DNA of 64,000 nucleotides from Candidatus Caccoplasma intestinavium (GCA_018715885.1 DVKT01000022.1:24119-88118); one strand, 5' to 3'. Positions 30,926 to 41,386 are shown, counted from the first letter of the stretch. Translations and numbers: made by a program. The notes: generated by a model not told the origin, from the letters alone.

Positions 30926-32824
30926 TTACTGTAATTTTTCATCGATCAGCCCTATTTTTTGGACGATCAACTGCATATCATCTTTTAATTTTTCAATCTT
31001 CCGTTCCAAATCTTCTATCATTTTATTTCCCGACTTGGAAGAAACATTGAGAAAACCCATATTATTTTGATAGGTTTGCAAATTATTTTTCAGACCCTCA
31101 TAGGCCCGCATCAAACGTTCTCGTTCGCGATAAAGTTTGTTTTGGGCTTGATCGGAAGAGGCTAACTCCTCAACTGTATTACTAAACGCATCCAATCGAT
31201 TCCGAGTCTCTTTCATGTTCCAGCGTTTGAAATGTGAATCAAGAGCCGTTTGATATTGTTTACGTAACTTATCTTTTTCTTTAAAGGGAACATGACCTAT
31301 CGCAGCCCATTCGGCCATCAATGCTCTGACCTGTACCAATCCTTCATTTTTATCCAACGTCTCATCTATGGCATTCAATTTTTCGATGACAGCTTGTTTG
31401 GCCGAGAGATTGTTCTGCTCTTCGCTTCTCTTTGAGGCAAATTCCTGCTTCTTCCGTTCAAAAAAGTAATCGCATGCCTCTGTAAATCGTTTCCATACGG
31501 TATCGGAATACTTGCGAGGAACAGCCCCTATCGTGCGCCACTCTTTTTGGAGTTGTGTCAACTTATCCGAAACAGCACGCCAATCTGTACTCTCTTTCAA
31601 GGCCTCTGCTTGTTCACATAAGGCTCTTTTCTTTTCGAGATTGACAGACATTGTATCTTTAACCGATTTATAATAATCGGCTTTACGGGAGAAAAACAAA
31701 TCGCAGGATTTCCTGAATCGTTCGAACAGCTGTGCATTTACCTTTCGAGATGCAAACCCGACAGCTTTCCAACGTTCTTGCATATCCAAGACTTTTTTGG
31801 TCATTTCATCCCATGCGGAAAATGATTGCAAAGAAGACAAATCAATAGCTTCTATCTCTTCGCATAAAGCAATCTTCGACTGCTCATTGGCTTGTTCCGT
31901 AGCTTTTATCGTTTCGAAATATTGTTGGTGGCGTTTGTTAATCACAGTCGATGCCTCTTTGAAACGATTCCATATTTCTTCACGCATTTCTTTCGCAACC
32001 GGTCCTATGCCACGCCATTCCTCATGAAGACTCTGCAATGTTTTAAACGCATCTAATATATCGGTATTCTCAGCAAGAGCTTCCGCTTGTTCGCAAAGAG
32101 AAATTTTTTGTTCAAGATTTTTCTTGAAATCATAATCTCTCAACTCTTTGTGTATCTTCAACAAATCATAGAAGTTCTCGCTGTATGTCTGAAAATTTTT
32201 CCACAATTCGCTGACTGCTGATGCCGGGACATTTACAATTTCTTTAAACGCCTGTTGCCGCTCCTTGAAATCATTATAATATTTACCGATATTATCCGGA
32301 TCTTGAAGATAGCCCTTAATCTCATCGAGAATAGCGTGTTTACGTGCCAAATTTTCTTCTTTTTCCTTTTCTATGGCCTCTATATATGCAGCCTTTTTCT
32401 CTTTGAATACATTCAAAAGGCCTTTTAAAGTATCTTCCAAAGAATCAAACGGAATCTGGAACTCTCCTTTTTCTCCATCTGTTTTTTCATCATATTTCCG
32501 ATGAGCCTCTTCTATTTCATTTTTCCGTTGCTTATAATACAACTGCTTCAATGCATCTATCTCATCTTTTACTTCTTCGACAGGCATTTCCAAAAGAGCC
32601 TTGATACGTTCTATAATCTGCTCCCGTGAATAAATACCCGAAACAGAATCTGCACGTACTACCTCCGAATCGGATGGTGCTGCTTCACATACCACCTCCG
32701 GAGAATCCACAGAAGAGGAAACAGCATTCATTTCCGAATCTGTTACCACATTATTATCAGCTGTATTTGACATATTTTTTCCCAGTACGCTATCTTCCGA
32801 AGAAAGAATATCTTGAGGTTCCAT
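30926..32824 (-). CDS. DUF349 repeat protein
   Basis: 632 aa, acidic and helical. At least four repeats of the W(R/K)xIGxVP...W.RF type (EWRGIGPVAKE, RWKAVGFASRK, EWRTIGAVPRK, EWAAIGHVPFK). Confidence 0.75.
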   Translation of the reverse strand: MEPQDILSSEDSVLGKNMSNTADNNVVTDSEMNAVSSSVDSPEVVCEAAPSDSEVVRADSVSGIYSREQIIERIKALLEMPVEEVKDEIDALKQLYYKQRKNEIEEAHRKYDEKTDGEKGEFQIPFDSLEDTLKGLLNVFKEKKAAYIEAIEKEKEENLARKHAILDEIKGYLQDPDNIGKYYNDFKERQQAFKEIVNVPASAVSELWKNFQTYSENFYDLLKIHKELRDYDFKKNLEQKISLCEQAEALAENTDILDAFKTLQSLHEEWRGIGPVAKEMREEIWNRFKEASTVINKRHQQYFETIKATEQANEQSKIALCEEIEAIDLSSLQSFSAWDEMTKKVLDMQERWKAVGFASRKVNAQLFERFRKSCDLFFSRKADYYKSVKDTMSVNLEKKRALCEQAEALKESTDWRAVSDKLTQLQKEWRTIGAVPRKYSDTVWKRFTEACDYFFERKKQEFASKRSEEQNNLSAKQAVIEKLNAIDETLDKNEGLVQVRALMAEWAAIGHVPFKEKDKLRKQYQTALDSHFKRWNMKETRNRLDAFSNTVEELASSDQAQNKLYRERERLMRAYEGLKNNLQTYQNNMGFLNVSSKSGNKMIEDLERKIEKLKDDMQLIVQKIGLIDEKLQ

Positions 32825-32951
32825 TATACAAAAGTTTAAATAAGATGTATTTTTGTCTTACAAAAGAAAGAAAAATTTTCGGTTATTCATAACAAATCCC
32901 GGCATTTTTTCGCTTGAAAAGATATTTTACGCTTTTTTCTGACGTTTTCGC

Positions 32952-33725
32952 CTATTCATAGATTTCAATGCAACCGAAACCAAGACTTATCTTATCGCCC
33001 AGCCCCGTGTTGTGTATGAGCTGTTGCAAAACCGGATGCAACGTAAGTCTGAACTTGCACATATAACCTATGACCTTAGATTCTTCTCTCGTAAACCGCT
33101 TTATAAATATACCTTTACGCTTAGGCGGGGCTATCAGTTCAAATTTAAAATTGCTTTCATACGGAAAATCTTTTCCATAAAAATAGCTGTATTTTTCCAA
33201 TATCGTATGCAGCAACAGTTCTTCATAGTCGGGTGATTCAGGACCGATATATTCGAAACTGCGATTTGTTCTCATACAGGAAACGACAATAGGCGAAAGC
33301 GATAAATAAGTCATCGTTTCGGTATATTCCACCGGCTCGCTTTTATAGATTTCATCTATTTTGAAAGCAACCTGAGACTTCCTGTCTCCGACCAATATAT
33401 CTCTGCCCTGAAAGGCTCTTCTTATAAATTCTTCGCTTCCCCGCTCAGGCAAGGTCGAAATCCATAACTGTACCCTTTTGGCCAAAACATACAGACGGTC
33501 TTCTTCCACCTTTATCTTGGGTATATAAAAATTCGATACCGACAACAGTTTATACCGGGTATTCATTTCCGGCAAAAAACCATTCATACCCAACCATTGC
33601 TCATAAGCCCCTCTATCTTCTGTCAAGATTCTGTGTACACACGACGATAATTCATACTGATAACTTACCGGCAAAATATTTCCCGACAGCTCCGTCTGTA
33701 CAGATAGCACTAATTTAAATCGCAT
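32952..33725 (-). CDS. cas6: Cas6-like RAMP endoribonuclease (orphan, no CRISPR array or other cas genes in the window)
   Basis: 257 aa. N-terminus MRFKLVLSV...ILPVSYQYELSSCVHRIL is typical of Cas6. The C-terminal glycine-rich loop GLGDKISLGFG fits G-h-G-x5-G-h-G. Confidence 0.65.
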   Translation of the reverse strand: MRFKLVLSVQTELSGNILPVSYQYELSSCVHRILTEDRGAYEQWLGMNGFLPEMNTRYKLLSVSNFYIPKIKVEEDRLYVLAKRVQLWISTLPERGSEEFIRRAFQGRDILVGDRKSQVAFKIDEIYKSEPVEYTETMTYLSLSPIVVSCMRTNRSFEYIGPESPDYEELLLHTILEKYSYFYGKDFPYESNFKFELIAPPKRKGIFIKRFTREESKVIGYMCKFRLTLHPVLQQLIHNTGLGDKISLGFGCIEIYE

Positions 33726-33789
33726 AATTTTTATCCTCCTTACATGTAAGTTTTATCTTACTTTTTCATCAAATCATATTGTGCTGTAT

Positions 33790-35034
33790 TCAACAGCTAT
33801 CCTGAGCTTTGTAATACAACGTAGACATATTATTGGCTCTAAATACCGCTTGTGCCGTCTTTTGCAACGATTCCGGCGTGATACGATAATATTTCTCGAC
33901 TTCCCTGTCTATCGATTCGGCAGCATCTATCAACTCAAAATAAGATAAATTCGCAGCCTTGTCGACATAACTCAAATTTGAAAAAAGATATCCCGTCTCG
34001 AACTTATGCACCATTTTACTGATTTCCTGTTCCGAGGCTGATTCCCTGCAAAGTCTCCCCAACTCCTCCTCTATGGCCTCGTCGGCCTGTTGTAACGAGA
34101 CACCTTGATTCAATCGGCCATTTATCAAAAAAAGACCCGCGTCAATATCACCCGTAATGCTTGCATCTATACTGGTAAAAAGCGACTTTTCCATAACCAA
34201 ACGGCGAAATAAGCGGGAAGAACGACCGTTTGACAGTATGTCCGACATCAAATCACAGGTCTGATAATCGGCATCGCATCGTCGGCCCATATGATAAGCT
34301 TTCACGATGGCATCAGAAGGGATGTCTCTGACAACCTCTTTATAGCGAGGCGCTTCCTGCTCCGGCTCGGGCAAGATACAACGTGGTGCTATATTTCTTT
34401 TCTCAATAGGAGAAAACCACTTTTCGGATAAGCGCAAAGCCTCTTCAAAAGAAATATCGCCGACCACTGCCAAAATTGCATTATTGGGAGCATAATGGTT
34501 ATAAAAAAAAGATCTTACATCTTCGAGCGTAGCTTTCTCTATATGAGATATATCCCGGCCTATCACCGGCCAGCGGTAAGGATGCTCCCGATAAGCCAAT
34601 TCCCGTATAATGGCAGGAATATCCCCATAAGGTTGATTCAATGTCCGTTGCTTGAACTCTTCCATAACAACGGCCTTTTGCACATCAAGGCTATGTTGGG
34701 AAAAATCCAACCCCAACATTCGGTCGGATTCCAACCAAAAGGCAGTCTCTACATTTTGCCGGGGAACTATCGTATAATAATTTGTAATGTCATTACTCGT
34801 CCATGCATTGTTTTCACCTCCGGCCTTTTGCAACGCCGTATCGAAATCGGGGATATGAAGCGACCCGCCAAACATAAGATGCTCAAAAAGATGCGCAAAA
34901 CCCGTACAATCCGGAGACTCGTCCCGAGCCCCCACATCATACAACAGATTTATAGCGACCATTCGCGTATTGCTATCGGCATGATGCAACAGTCTCAATC
35001 CATTGAGAAATTGATATTTATTTACGGTTATCAC
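33790..35034 (-). CDS. M16-family (pitrilysin/insulinase) zinc peptidase
   Basis: 414 aa. Inverted zinc motif HLFEHLMFGG (HxxEH). Confidence 0.85.
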   Translation of the reverse strand: MITVNKYQFLNGLRLLHHADSNTRMVAINLLYDVGARDESPDCTGFAHLFEHLMFGGSLHIPDFDTALQKAGGENNAWTSNDITNYYTIVPRQNVETAFWLESDRMLGLDFSQHSLDVQKAVVMEEFKQRTLNQPYGDIPAIIRELAYREHPYRWPVIGRDISHIEKATLEDVRSFFYNHYAPNNAILAVVGDISFEEALRLSEKWFSPIEKRNIAPRCILPEPEQEAPRYKEVVRDIPSDAIVKAYHMGRRCDADYQTCDLMSDILSNGRSSRLFRRLVMEKSLFTSIDASITGDIDAGLFLINGRLNQGVSLQQADEAIEEELGRLCRESASEQEISKMVHKFETGYLFSNLSYVDKAANLSYFELIDAAESIDREVEKYYRITPESLQKTAQAVFRANNMSTLYYKAQDSC

Positions 35035-35040
35035 TTATCT

Positions 35041-35868
35041 TCAATCCAAAACTTTCATGCTCATTTTTATATCATGTTCCGGCCGGTCTCCATTACGAGT
35101 CGGGACAGATTGTATTCGATCCAAGACATCAAAACCTTCGACCACCTCTCCGAAAACCGTATAATCACCGTCCAAATGCGGAGATCCTCCGATTGTCGTA
35201 TAGGCCTGCTTCTGATCGGGAGAAAAACGTACAGCTCCATCTTTCTTCATAATCTCTTTCGTTTCTTTTATGAGATTATCCTGTAATTCCGATAATGCAG
35301 TCTGATTTCTTTCCAAACGATATTGCATAATCTCTTTGCGACGCTTCGATAACAACGATTGGAATACCATTTCCTCTTTTCGCCGGGTCAATTGCTGTTC
35401 CATCGAAGCCAACTGACCATCGGTAAAAATAGTTCCGGTAACAATATAAAACTGCGACCCCGAAGATTCTTTTCTTGGATTTACATTATCTCCTTGACGA
35501 GCTGCCGCCAACGCACCTTTTTTATGGAAATGAGACGGTGTGAATTCTGCCGGAATCGTATACCCTGGCCCACCTGTACCCAAAGATTGCTCGGACCCGG
35601 CCTGCCGGGAATCGGGATCGCCGCCTTGTATCATAAAGTCTTTTATCACTCTATGAAATAATAAATCCTCATAAAAACCACTATTCACCAACTTAATAAA
35701 ATTATCTCTATGTCCCGGTGTGTCATTATACAACTTCACAATAATTTCTCCAAGATCGGTTTTTATCGATACATATGTATGGGTTTTATCACGCATGGTA
35801 CAAGACGACATAAATAAGATTATAGAAACTATAAGTACGAATTTATTACACATTCCAAACCTCCTCAT
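35041..35868 (-). CDS. Cyclophilin-type peptidyl-prolyl isomerase lipoprotein with an internal helical insertion
   Basis: FHRVIKDFMIQGGDP, SQFYIV and TVFGEVVEG motifs. Start ambiguous between 35898, 35868 and 35853. MRRFGMCNKFVLIVSIILFMSSC reads as a lipoprotein signal. Confidence 0.85.
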   Translation of the reverse strand: MRRFGMCNKFVLIVSIILFMSSCTMRDKTHTYVSIKTDLGEIIVKLYNDTPGHRDNFIKLVNSGFYEDLLFHRVIKDFMIQGGDPDSRQAGSEQSLGTGGPGYTIPAEFTPSHFHKKGALAAARQGDNVNPRKESSGSQFYIVTGTIFTDGQLASMEQQLTRRKEEMVFQSLLSKRRKEIMQYRLERNQTALSELQDNLIKETKEIMKKDGAVRFSPDQKQAYTTIGGSPHLDGDYTVFGEVVEGFDVLDRIQSVPTRNGDRPEHDIKMSMKVLD

Positions 35869-36033
35869 TTTTACATCGAAGGCATTAAACATCTGCACTA
35901 TTTTACTTTTGAAAGAAAAATATACTTTTTGTTTGGTAGCAAATTTACACCTTTACACAATACCCTGCAAGGCTTTTCTGTAAAAAAATTTTCCCTGTTA
36001 TGCATAAATTCCCCTATTTCCATAAATTATTCG

Positions 36034-36041
36034 TATATTTG
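36034..36041 (+). promoter_or_regulatory. -7 box TATATTTG upstream of cysQ
   Basis: Matches TAnnTTTG, 27 nt before ATG 36069. It lies inside the longer track ORF (36000), supporting the shorter start. No clear -33 TTTG. Confidence 0.35.
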
Positions 36042-36068
36042 CAAATCAGTAGATGTATTTTTCTTATC

Positions 36069-36878
36069 ATGACTACCGAAAATTTATTATTGCTTGCTAT
36101 ACGCGCTGCATTAGAGGCCGGGGCGGACATTCGTCGTATCTACAACAATCCGGGAAACGACTTCGATATCGAATACAAGGCCGATAATTCACCATTGACA
36201 ATCGCCGACAAAACATCTGATGCCACGATCGAAAAGCACCTCAAATCTACCCCCTATCCTATCCTCACCGAAGAAAAAAAGGCTTTACCTTTCGAGGAAC
36301 GGAAAAAATGGGAGAAATTATGGATTGTAGATCCGCTCGACGGAACAAAAGAATTTATAAAACGAAACGGTGAATTTACCGTAAACATTGCGTTGGTCGA
36401 AAACGGTTTGCCGACTTTGGGCGTTATTTACGTACCGATAAAAAAAAGTCTTTATTTCGGAGAGATCAATTCAGGTGGTTACCGGGTAGACGACATTACC
36501 GATTTACAAGAAAGCGGTTCTTTTCAAAACTTGATTTCATTGTCCTGTCCACTACCGCAATCCGATCCGCAACGTCCTTATACAGTTGTTGCATCACGCT
36601 CCCACCTTTCACCCGAAACAGAAGTATTTATAAACGACCTGCGTAAAAAACACCATGAAATCGAAATCGTATCGATAGGCAGTTCCTTGAAAATATGTTT
36701 AGTATGTGAGGGTGCTGCGGATATATACCCTAGATTTGCACCTACAATGGAATGGGATACGGCCGCCGGTCATGCCATAGCTCGTGCTACAGGTAAAAAT
36801 ATTTTTCACACCGATAGAAAAACCCCTATCAGTTACAACAAAGAAGATCTTCACAACCCCTGGTTCATAGTGGAATAA
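36069..36878 (+). CDS. cysQ: 3'(2'),5'-bisphosphate nucleotidase (PAP phosphatase)
   Basis: Inositol-monophosphatase fold motifs (WIVDPLDGTKEF, WDTAAGHAI). Confidence 0.85.
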   Translation: MTTENLLLLAIRAALEAGADIRRIYNNPGNDFDIEYKADNSPLTIADKTSDATIEKHLKSTPYPILTEEKKALPFEERKKWEKLWIVDPLDGTKEFIKRNGEFTVNIALVENGLPTLGVIYVPIKKSLYFGEINSGGYRVDDITDLQESGSFQNLISLSCPLPQSDPQRPYTVVASRSHLSPETEVFINDLRKKHHEIEIVSIGSSLKICLVCEGAADIYPRFAPTMEWDTAAGHAIARATGKNIFHTDRKTPISYNKEDLHNPWFIVE

Positions 36879-36898
36879 ATAAACATTTCAGAAAAAAG

Positions 36899-37498
36899 AT
36901 GGAAAAACATATATACCCGATATTCGATCGCATGCTGCAACGCAACGATCGGGAAAAACTACTTGGGCAAAAAGGTATCATGTTATGGTTCACCGGTCTT
37001 TCCGGATCGGGCAAAAGCACTTTGGCCATAGCACTCGAACGCGAGTTATACAATAGCGGTATATTATGCCGTATCCTCGACGGCGACAATATCCGTACCG
37101 GCATCAACAACAACTTGGGATTTACCGAAGCCGATCGGGTAGAAAACATACGTCGCATAGCAGAAGTTGCCAAACTATTTGTCGATTGCGGAGTCGTAAC
37201 AATCGCTGCATTCATCAGCCCGACAGAACAAATACGACAAATGGCCGCCGATATAATCGGGAAAGACGATTTTTTCGAAATTTATGTAAATACACCTCTG
37301 GAAGTTTGCGAAGAAAGAGATGTCAAAGGGTTATACAAGAAAGCCCGACAAGGAGAAATAAAAAACTTTACGGGCATATCCGCTCCGTTCGAAGCGCCAC
37401 TCAATCCTGCCATAACCATTGATACTTCGGCCTGCTCACTGGAAGAAAGCGTAAATTTACTCAAAAAAATCATTATTCCTCAAATAAAGCCCATATAG
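36899..37498 (+). CDS. cysC: Adenylyl-sulfate (APS) kinase
   Basis: 199 aa. [10 protein letters not shown]-loop, LDGDNIR, and the FISP motif. Confidence 0.95.
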   Translation: MEKHIYPIFDRMLQRNDREKLLGQKGIMLWFTGLSGSGKSTLAIALERELYNSGILCRILDGDNIRTGINNNLGFTEADRVENIRRIAEVAKLFVDCGVVTIAAFISPTEQIRQMAADIIGKDDFFEIYVNTPLEVCEERDVKGLYKKARQGEIKNFTGISAPFEAPLNPAITIDTSACSLEESVNLLKKIIIPQIKPI

Positions 37499-37572
37499 GA
37501 TTTCTTTGCTTTCAGAGAAATAGCTACATTTGCGGCATTGAAATAACGAGACAATCAGAAAAACAAATAATA

Positions 37573-38481
37573 ATGTCAGAATACAAACTGAGCCACTTGA
37601 AAGAATTGGAATCGGAATCGATTCATATCATACGGGAAGTGGCTGCCGAATTTGAAAATCCGGTTATGTTATATTCCATAGGCAAAGACTCGTCGGTCAT
37701 GGTACGGCTGGCCGAAAAGGCTTTTGCTCCCGGAAAAGTACCTTTCCCCCTAATGCACATCGACTCGAAATGGAAATTCAAAGAAATGATAGAATTTCGA
37801 GACAAGTACGCCCAAGAACACAACTGGAACCTAATCGTAGAATACAATAAAGAAGCATACGAAGCCGGTGTAGGGCCGTTTACGCATGGCAGTAAAGTTC
37901 ATACCGACCTGATGAAGACCCAGGCTTTGCTCCACGCTTTGGACAAATACAAATTCGACGCCGCTTTCGGAGGTGCCCGTCGCGACGAAGAGAAATCCAG
38001 AGCCAAAGAACGAATTTTCTCTTTCAGAGATCGTTTCCATCAATGGGATCCCAAGAATCAAAGACCCGAATTATGGGATATCTATAATACCCGCGTACAC
38101 AAAGGCGAGTCGATACGTGTATTCCCGCTCTCGAACTGGACCGAATTAGACATTTGGCAATATATCCGTCTCGAAAATATTCCTATCGTTCCCCTATATT
38201 TTGCCAAAGAACGACCCATCGTCAATATCGACGGGAATCTCATCATGGTCGACGACGACCGTATGCCCGAAGCATATCGCAAACAAGCACAAATGATGAA
38301 AGTCCGTTTCCGTACCCTCGGTTGTTATCCGCTCACAGGCGCTATCGAATCGGAAGCCGATACAATAGAAAAAATCGTCGAAGAAATGATGACGACAACA
38401 AAAAGTGAACGAACTACACGAGTTATCGACTTTGACCAAGAAGCCAGTATGGAACAAAAAAAACGTGAAGGATATTTCTAA
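37573..38481 (+). CDS. cysD: Sulfate adenylyltransferase subunit 2
   Basis: 302 aa. PAPS-reductase-fold SIGKDS motif. C-terminal [10 protein letters not shown] is typical of CysD. Confidence 0.95.
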   Translation: MSEYKLSHLKELESESIHIIREVAAEFENPVMLYSIGKDSSVMVRLAEKAFAPGKVPFPLMHIDSKWKFKEMIEFRDKYAQEHNWNLIVEYNKEAYEAGVGPFTHGSKVHTDLMKTQALLHALDKYKFDAAFGGARRDEEKSRAKERIFSFRDRFHQWDPKNQRPELWDIYNTRVHKGESIRVFPLSNWTELDIWQYIRLENIPIVPLYFAKERPIVNIDGNLIMVDDDRMPEAYRKQAQMMKVRFRTLGCYPLTGAIESEADTIEKIVEEMMTTTKSERTTRVIDFDQEASMEQKKREGYF

Positions 38482-38495
38482 GCCATTGAGAAAAC

Positions 38496-40259
38496 ATGAA
38501 CGAAACAAATATAAATAAGCTGGATATAAAAGAGTTTCTCGACCAAGATGAGAAAAAAGACCAGTTACGGTTATTGACGGCAGGATCGGTCGACGATGGA
38601 AAATCGACCCTTATAGGCCGACTTCTCTTCGATAGCAAAAAATTGTATGAAGATCAGCTCGATGCCCTTCAACGAGACAGCAAACGAGTAGGTAATGCAG
38701 GAGGAAATATTGATTACGCTCTCCTTCTTGATGGATTGAAAGCTGAACGCGAACAAGGGATTACTATCGATGTTGCCTACCGCTATTTTTCTACAAATAA
38801 ACGGAAATTCATCATCGCAGATACTCCGGGACACGAACAATATACGCGCAACATGATTACCGGCGGATCGACGGCCAATCTGGCAATTATATTGGTCGAC
38901 GCACGTACAGGAGTCATCACCCAAACCCGTCGGCACACTTACCTCGTGTCGCTGCTGGGAATCAAACATATCGTCCTGGCAGTAAATAAAATGGACTTGG
39001 TACAATACAACCAAAAGACGTTTGACGAAATCGTAGATACGTACAAGAAGTTTGTTGCCCCGTTAGCCATACCCGATATTACATGTATTCCCCTCTCCGC
39101 CCTCAATGGAGACAATGTTGTCGAGAAATCTGAGAATATGCCGTGGTATAAAGGTACATCACTATTGGATTTTCTCGAAACCGTACACATCGCAAACGAC
39201 CACAATCTGAAAGATTTCCGTTACCCCATACAATACGTGTTACGTCCCAATCTCAATTTCAGGGGATTCTCCGGCCGTATCGCTTCGGGCATCGTACGCA
39301 AAGGCGATGAAGTAATGGCAATCCCGTCAGGTAAAAAATCTCATGTCAAATCGATCGTAACATACGATGGTGAACTCGATGAAGCATTTTCGCCTCAATC
39401 CATCACCATAACACTCGAAGACGAGATAGACCTATCCCGCGGGGAAATGCTCGTACACCCCGACAATATTCCCCACATCAGCCGAAACTTCGAAGCCATG
39501 CTCGTATGGATGGACGAAAAACCCATGCAGCGAGACCAACAATATTTTATCAAGCAGACGACAAATACCACTCGCGTTCACATCGACCAAATCAAATACA
39601 AAGTCGATGTCAACACCATGGAGCAATCTATGGCCGAAACAATGAGTCTGAATGAAATAGCCCGCGCCGTATTCGTCTCGAACAAACCCCTGTTTTTCGA
39701 TTCTTACAAGCAAAACAAAAACTGCGGCTCCTTCATACTCATCGACCCAATTACCAACAATACAAGTGCCGTGGGTATGATCATAGACGAAGTGAACAGT
39801 TCCGATCTTTCCTCGGCTGTAACCGAAGAAGACCGTAAAAAAACACGCGACGGTATTTCTTTGGTATCGGACAGTGAACGGGAAAGACTTATCGGTCAAG
39901 CAGGCAAACTCTTTATCATCGCCGGCAACAACCTCTCTGTGCAACGGGAATGTGCCTATCTCTTGGAGCGCAGACTCTTCGATACCGGACACTTTGCCAT
40001 TGTACTCGACGCTCAAAAATTAGGTATCGACGGGAAATCCCAAACCGCAGCATTTGCTGCCATTGCAACCGAACTTACCCGGAAAGGTATTATTACGATA
40101 TGTATCGATCTGTATGGCGAAATAACAGTCGACAATGCCTTTACCATAGCCATTGCCGAAGATTCGATCCAACCTGTCGATAAAAACAAAGACTACTGCA
40201 CAGTGTGCCAGCAACATTTGGCCGCCACGATCGAAGATATTATCAATATAAAACTTTGA
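38496..40259 (+). CDS. cysN: Sulfate adenylyltransferase subunit 1 (GTPase) with a ~155-aa C-terminal degenerate APS-kinase-like domain
   Basis: 587 aa. G1 [17 protein letters not shown] and NKMD motifs. Residues ~433-587 align by eye to the neighbouring CysC but lack the P-loop. Confidence 0.9.
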   Translation: MNETNINKLDIKEFLDQDEKKDQLRLLTAGSVDDGKSTLIGRLLFDSKKLYEDQLDALQRDSKRVGNAGGNIDYALLLDGLKAEREQGITIDVAYRYFSTNKRKFIIADTPGHEQYTRNMITGGSTANLAIILVDARTGVITQTRRHTYLVSLLGIKHIVLAVNKMDLVQYNQKTFDEIVDTYKKFVAPLAIPDITCIPLSALNGDNVVEKSENMPWYKGTSLLDFLETVHIANDHNLKDFRYPIQYVLRPNLNFRGFSGRIASGIVRKGDEVMAIPSGKKSHVKSIVTYDGELDEAFSPQSITITLEDEIDLSRGEMLVHPDNIPHISRNFEAMLVWMDEKPMQRDQQYFIKQTTNTTRVHIDQIKYKVDVNTMEQSMAETMSLNEIARAVFVSNKPLFFDSYKQNKNCGSFILIDPITNNTSAVGMIIDEVNSSDLSSAVTEEDRKKTRDGISLVSDSERERLIGQAGKLFIIAGNNLSVQRECAYLLERRLFDTGHFAIVLDAQKLGIDGKSQTAAFAAIATELTRKGIITICIDLYGEITVDNAFTIAIAEDSIQPVDKNKDYCTVCQQHLAATIEDIINIKL

Positions 40260-40261
40260 AC

Positions 40262-41365
40262 ATGGGATTCAATTTTCAAAAGTTACCGGTAAATACCTTG
40301 ATTGGGGCAGACTGGAAAACATTTCACGAAGTAACAGCCGGTCGCAAAATCGACAAGGGATATAAAACCAAATATCACCTCACCAAGGCCCTTTGTCGTA
40401 TATTAAGTCTAACGAACGGAATCGAAAACCGTCGTTACAATAAGAGACTAGCCGATAAATCCATTGAAAATGCCCCGGTATTCATTCTCGGTCATTGGCG
40501 CAGTGGGACAACTTTTGTCCACAACGTACTTTCACAAGATAAGCAATTCGGATACAATACCACCTACCAGACGGTATTTCCCCACATGATGCTTTTCGGA
40601 CAACCGGTATTCAAGAAAATGGCTGCTATGGCTATTCCTAAGAAACGGCCTACCGACAATATGGAATTGAAAGCCGATCAACCGCAAGAAGAAGAATTTG
40701 CGCTCGTAAACATGAGCCCCTATACGTTCTACAACTTTTGGTTCTATCCACATTATACGCAAGAGTATAGTAAAAAATATCTCCTTTTCGAAGATGCGAC
40801 GAGAGATGAAATCGAGAAGTTCAAAAAAACATTCGAACGGCTCATCAAAATCTCTCTATGGAATACACGAGGAGAACGTTTTCTCTCAAAAAATCCCCCC
40901 CATACAGGACGGATTAAAACGTTACTCGAAATGTTTCCCGATGCCAAATTCATTTACTTGATGCGAAACCCGTATACCGTTTTCGAATCGACACGCAATT
41001 TCTTTACCAACACCATACAACCCTTGAAACTCCAAGATATCTCCGAAAAAGAAATTGTCGACAATATCATCAAGGTATATACCGACCTTTATTTCCGTTA
41101 TCAAGAAGATAAGAAACTTATACCCGAAGGAAATCTCATCGAAATAAAGTTTGAAGATTTCGAGCAAAACTCGCTCGAAATGACACAAAAAATTTATGAG
41201 ACACTTTCTTTACCGGGATTTGAAAAAGCCCGTCCCCAAATCGAAGCTTATATCAACGGGAAAAAGGGTTACAAAAAAAATAAATATAACTATGACCCGG
41301 AAACAGTGCATATCGTCGAGGAAAATTGGGATTTCGCACTGAAAGATTGGGGATATAAACTATAA
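40262..41365 (+). CDS. PAPS-dependent sulfotransferase family protein
   Basis: Start at MGFNFQ, 3 nt after the cysN stop. 5'-PSB-like loop HWRSGTTF and 3'-PB-like YLMRNPYTVFES. Confidence 0.8.
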   Translation: MGFNFQKLPVNTLIGADWKTFHEVTAGRKIDKGYKTKYHLTKALCRILSLTNGIENRRYNKRLADKSIENAPVFILGHWRSGTTFVHNVLSQDKQFGYNTTYQTVFPHMMLFGQPVFKKMAAMAIPKKRPTDNMELKADQPQEEEFALVNMSPYTFYNFWFYPHYTQEYSKKYLLFEDATRDEIEKFKKTFERLIKISLWNTRGERFLSKNPPHTGRIKTLLEMFPDAKFIYLMRNPYTVFESTRNFFTNTIQPLKLQDISEKEIVDNIIKVYTDLYFRYQEDKKLIPEGNLIEIKFEDFEQNSLEMTQKIYETLSLPGFEKARPQIEAYINGKKGYKKNKYNYDPETVHIVEENWDFALKDWGYKL

Positions 41366-41386
41366 TCATCAAAAAAACCAAACATA

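Noticed and set aside
32825-33789. Looked for a CRISPR repeat-spacer array or leader next to the cas6-like gene
   Set aside because: The flanking intergenic segments (about 127 and 64 bp) contain no direct repeats. I did not notice any periodic 25-40-bp repeats elsewhere in the window.
34495-35286. 263-aa plus-strand ORF
   Set aside because: It is antisense to the well-supported M16 peptidase and PPIase genes. The translation is low-complexity (R/I/F-rich) with no motifs, so it is a shadow ORF.
39432-40016. 194-aa minus-strand ORF inside cysN, and similar ones in cysD, fucI and clpC
   Set aside because: They are antisense to genes with unambiguous motifs and have no recognisable domains.
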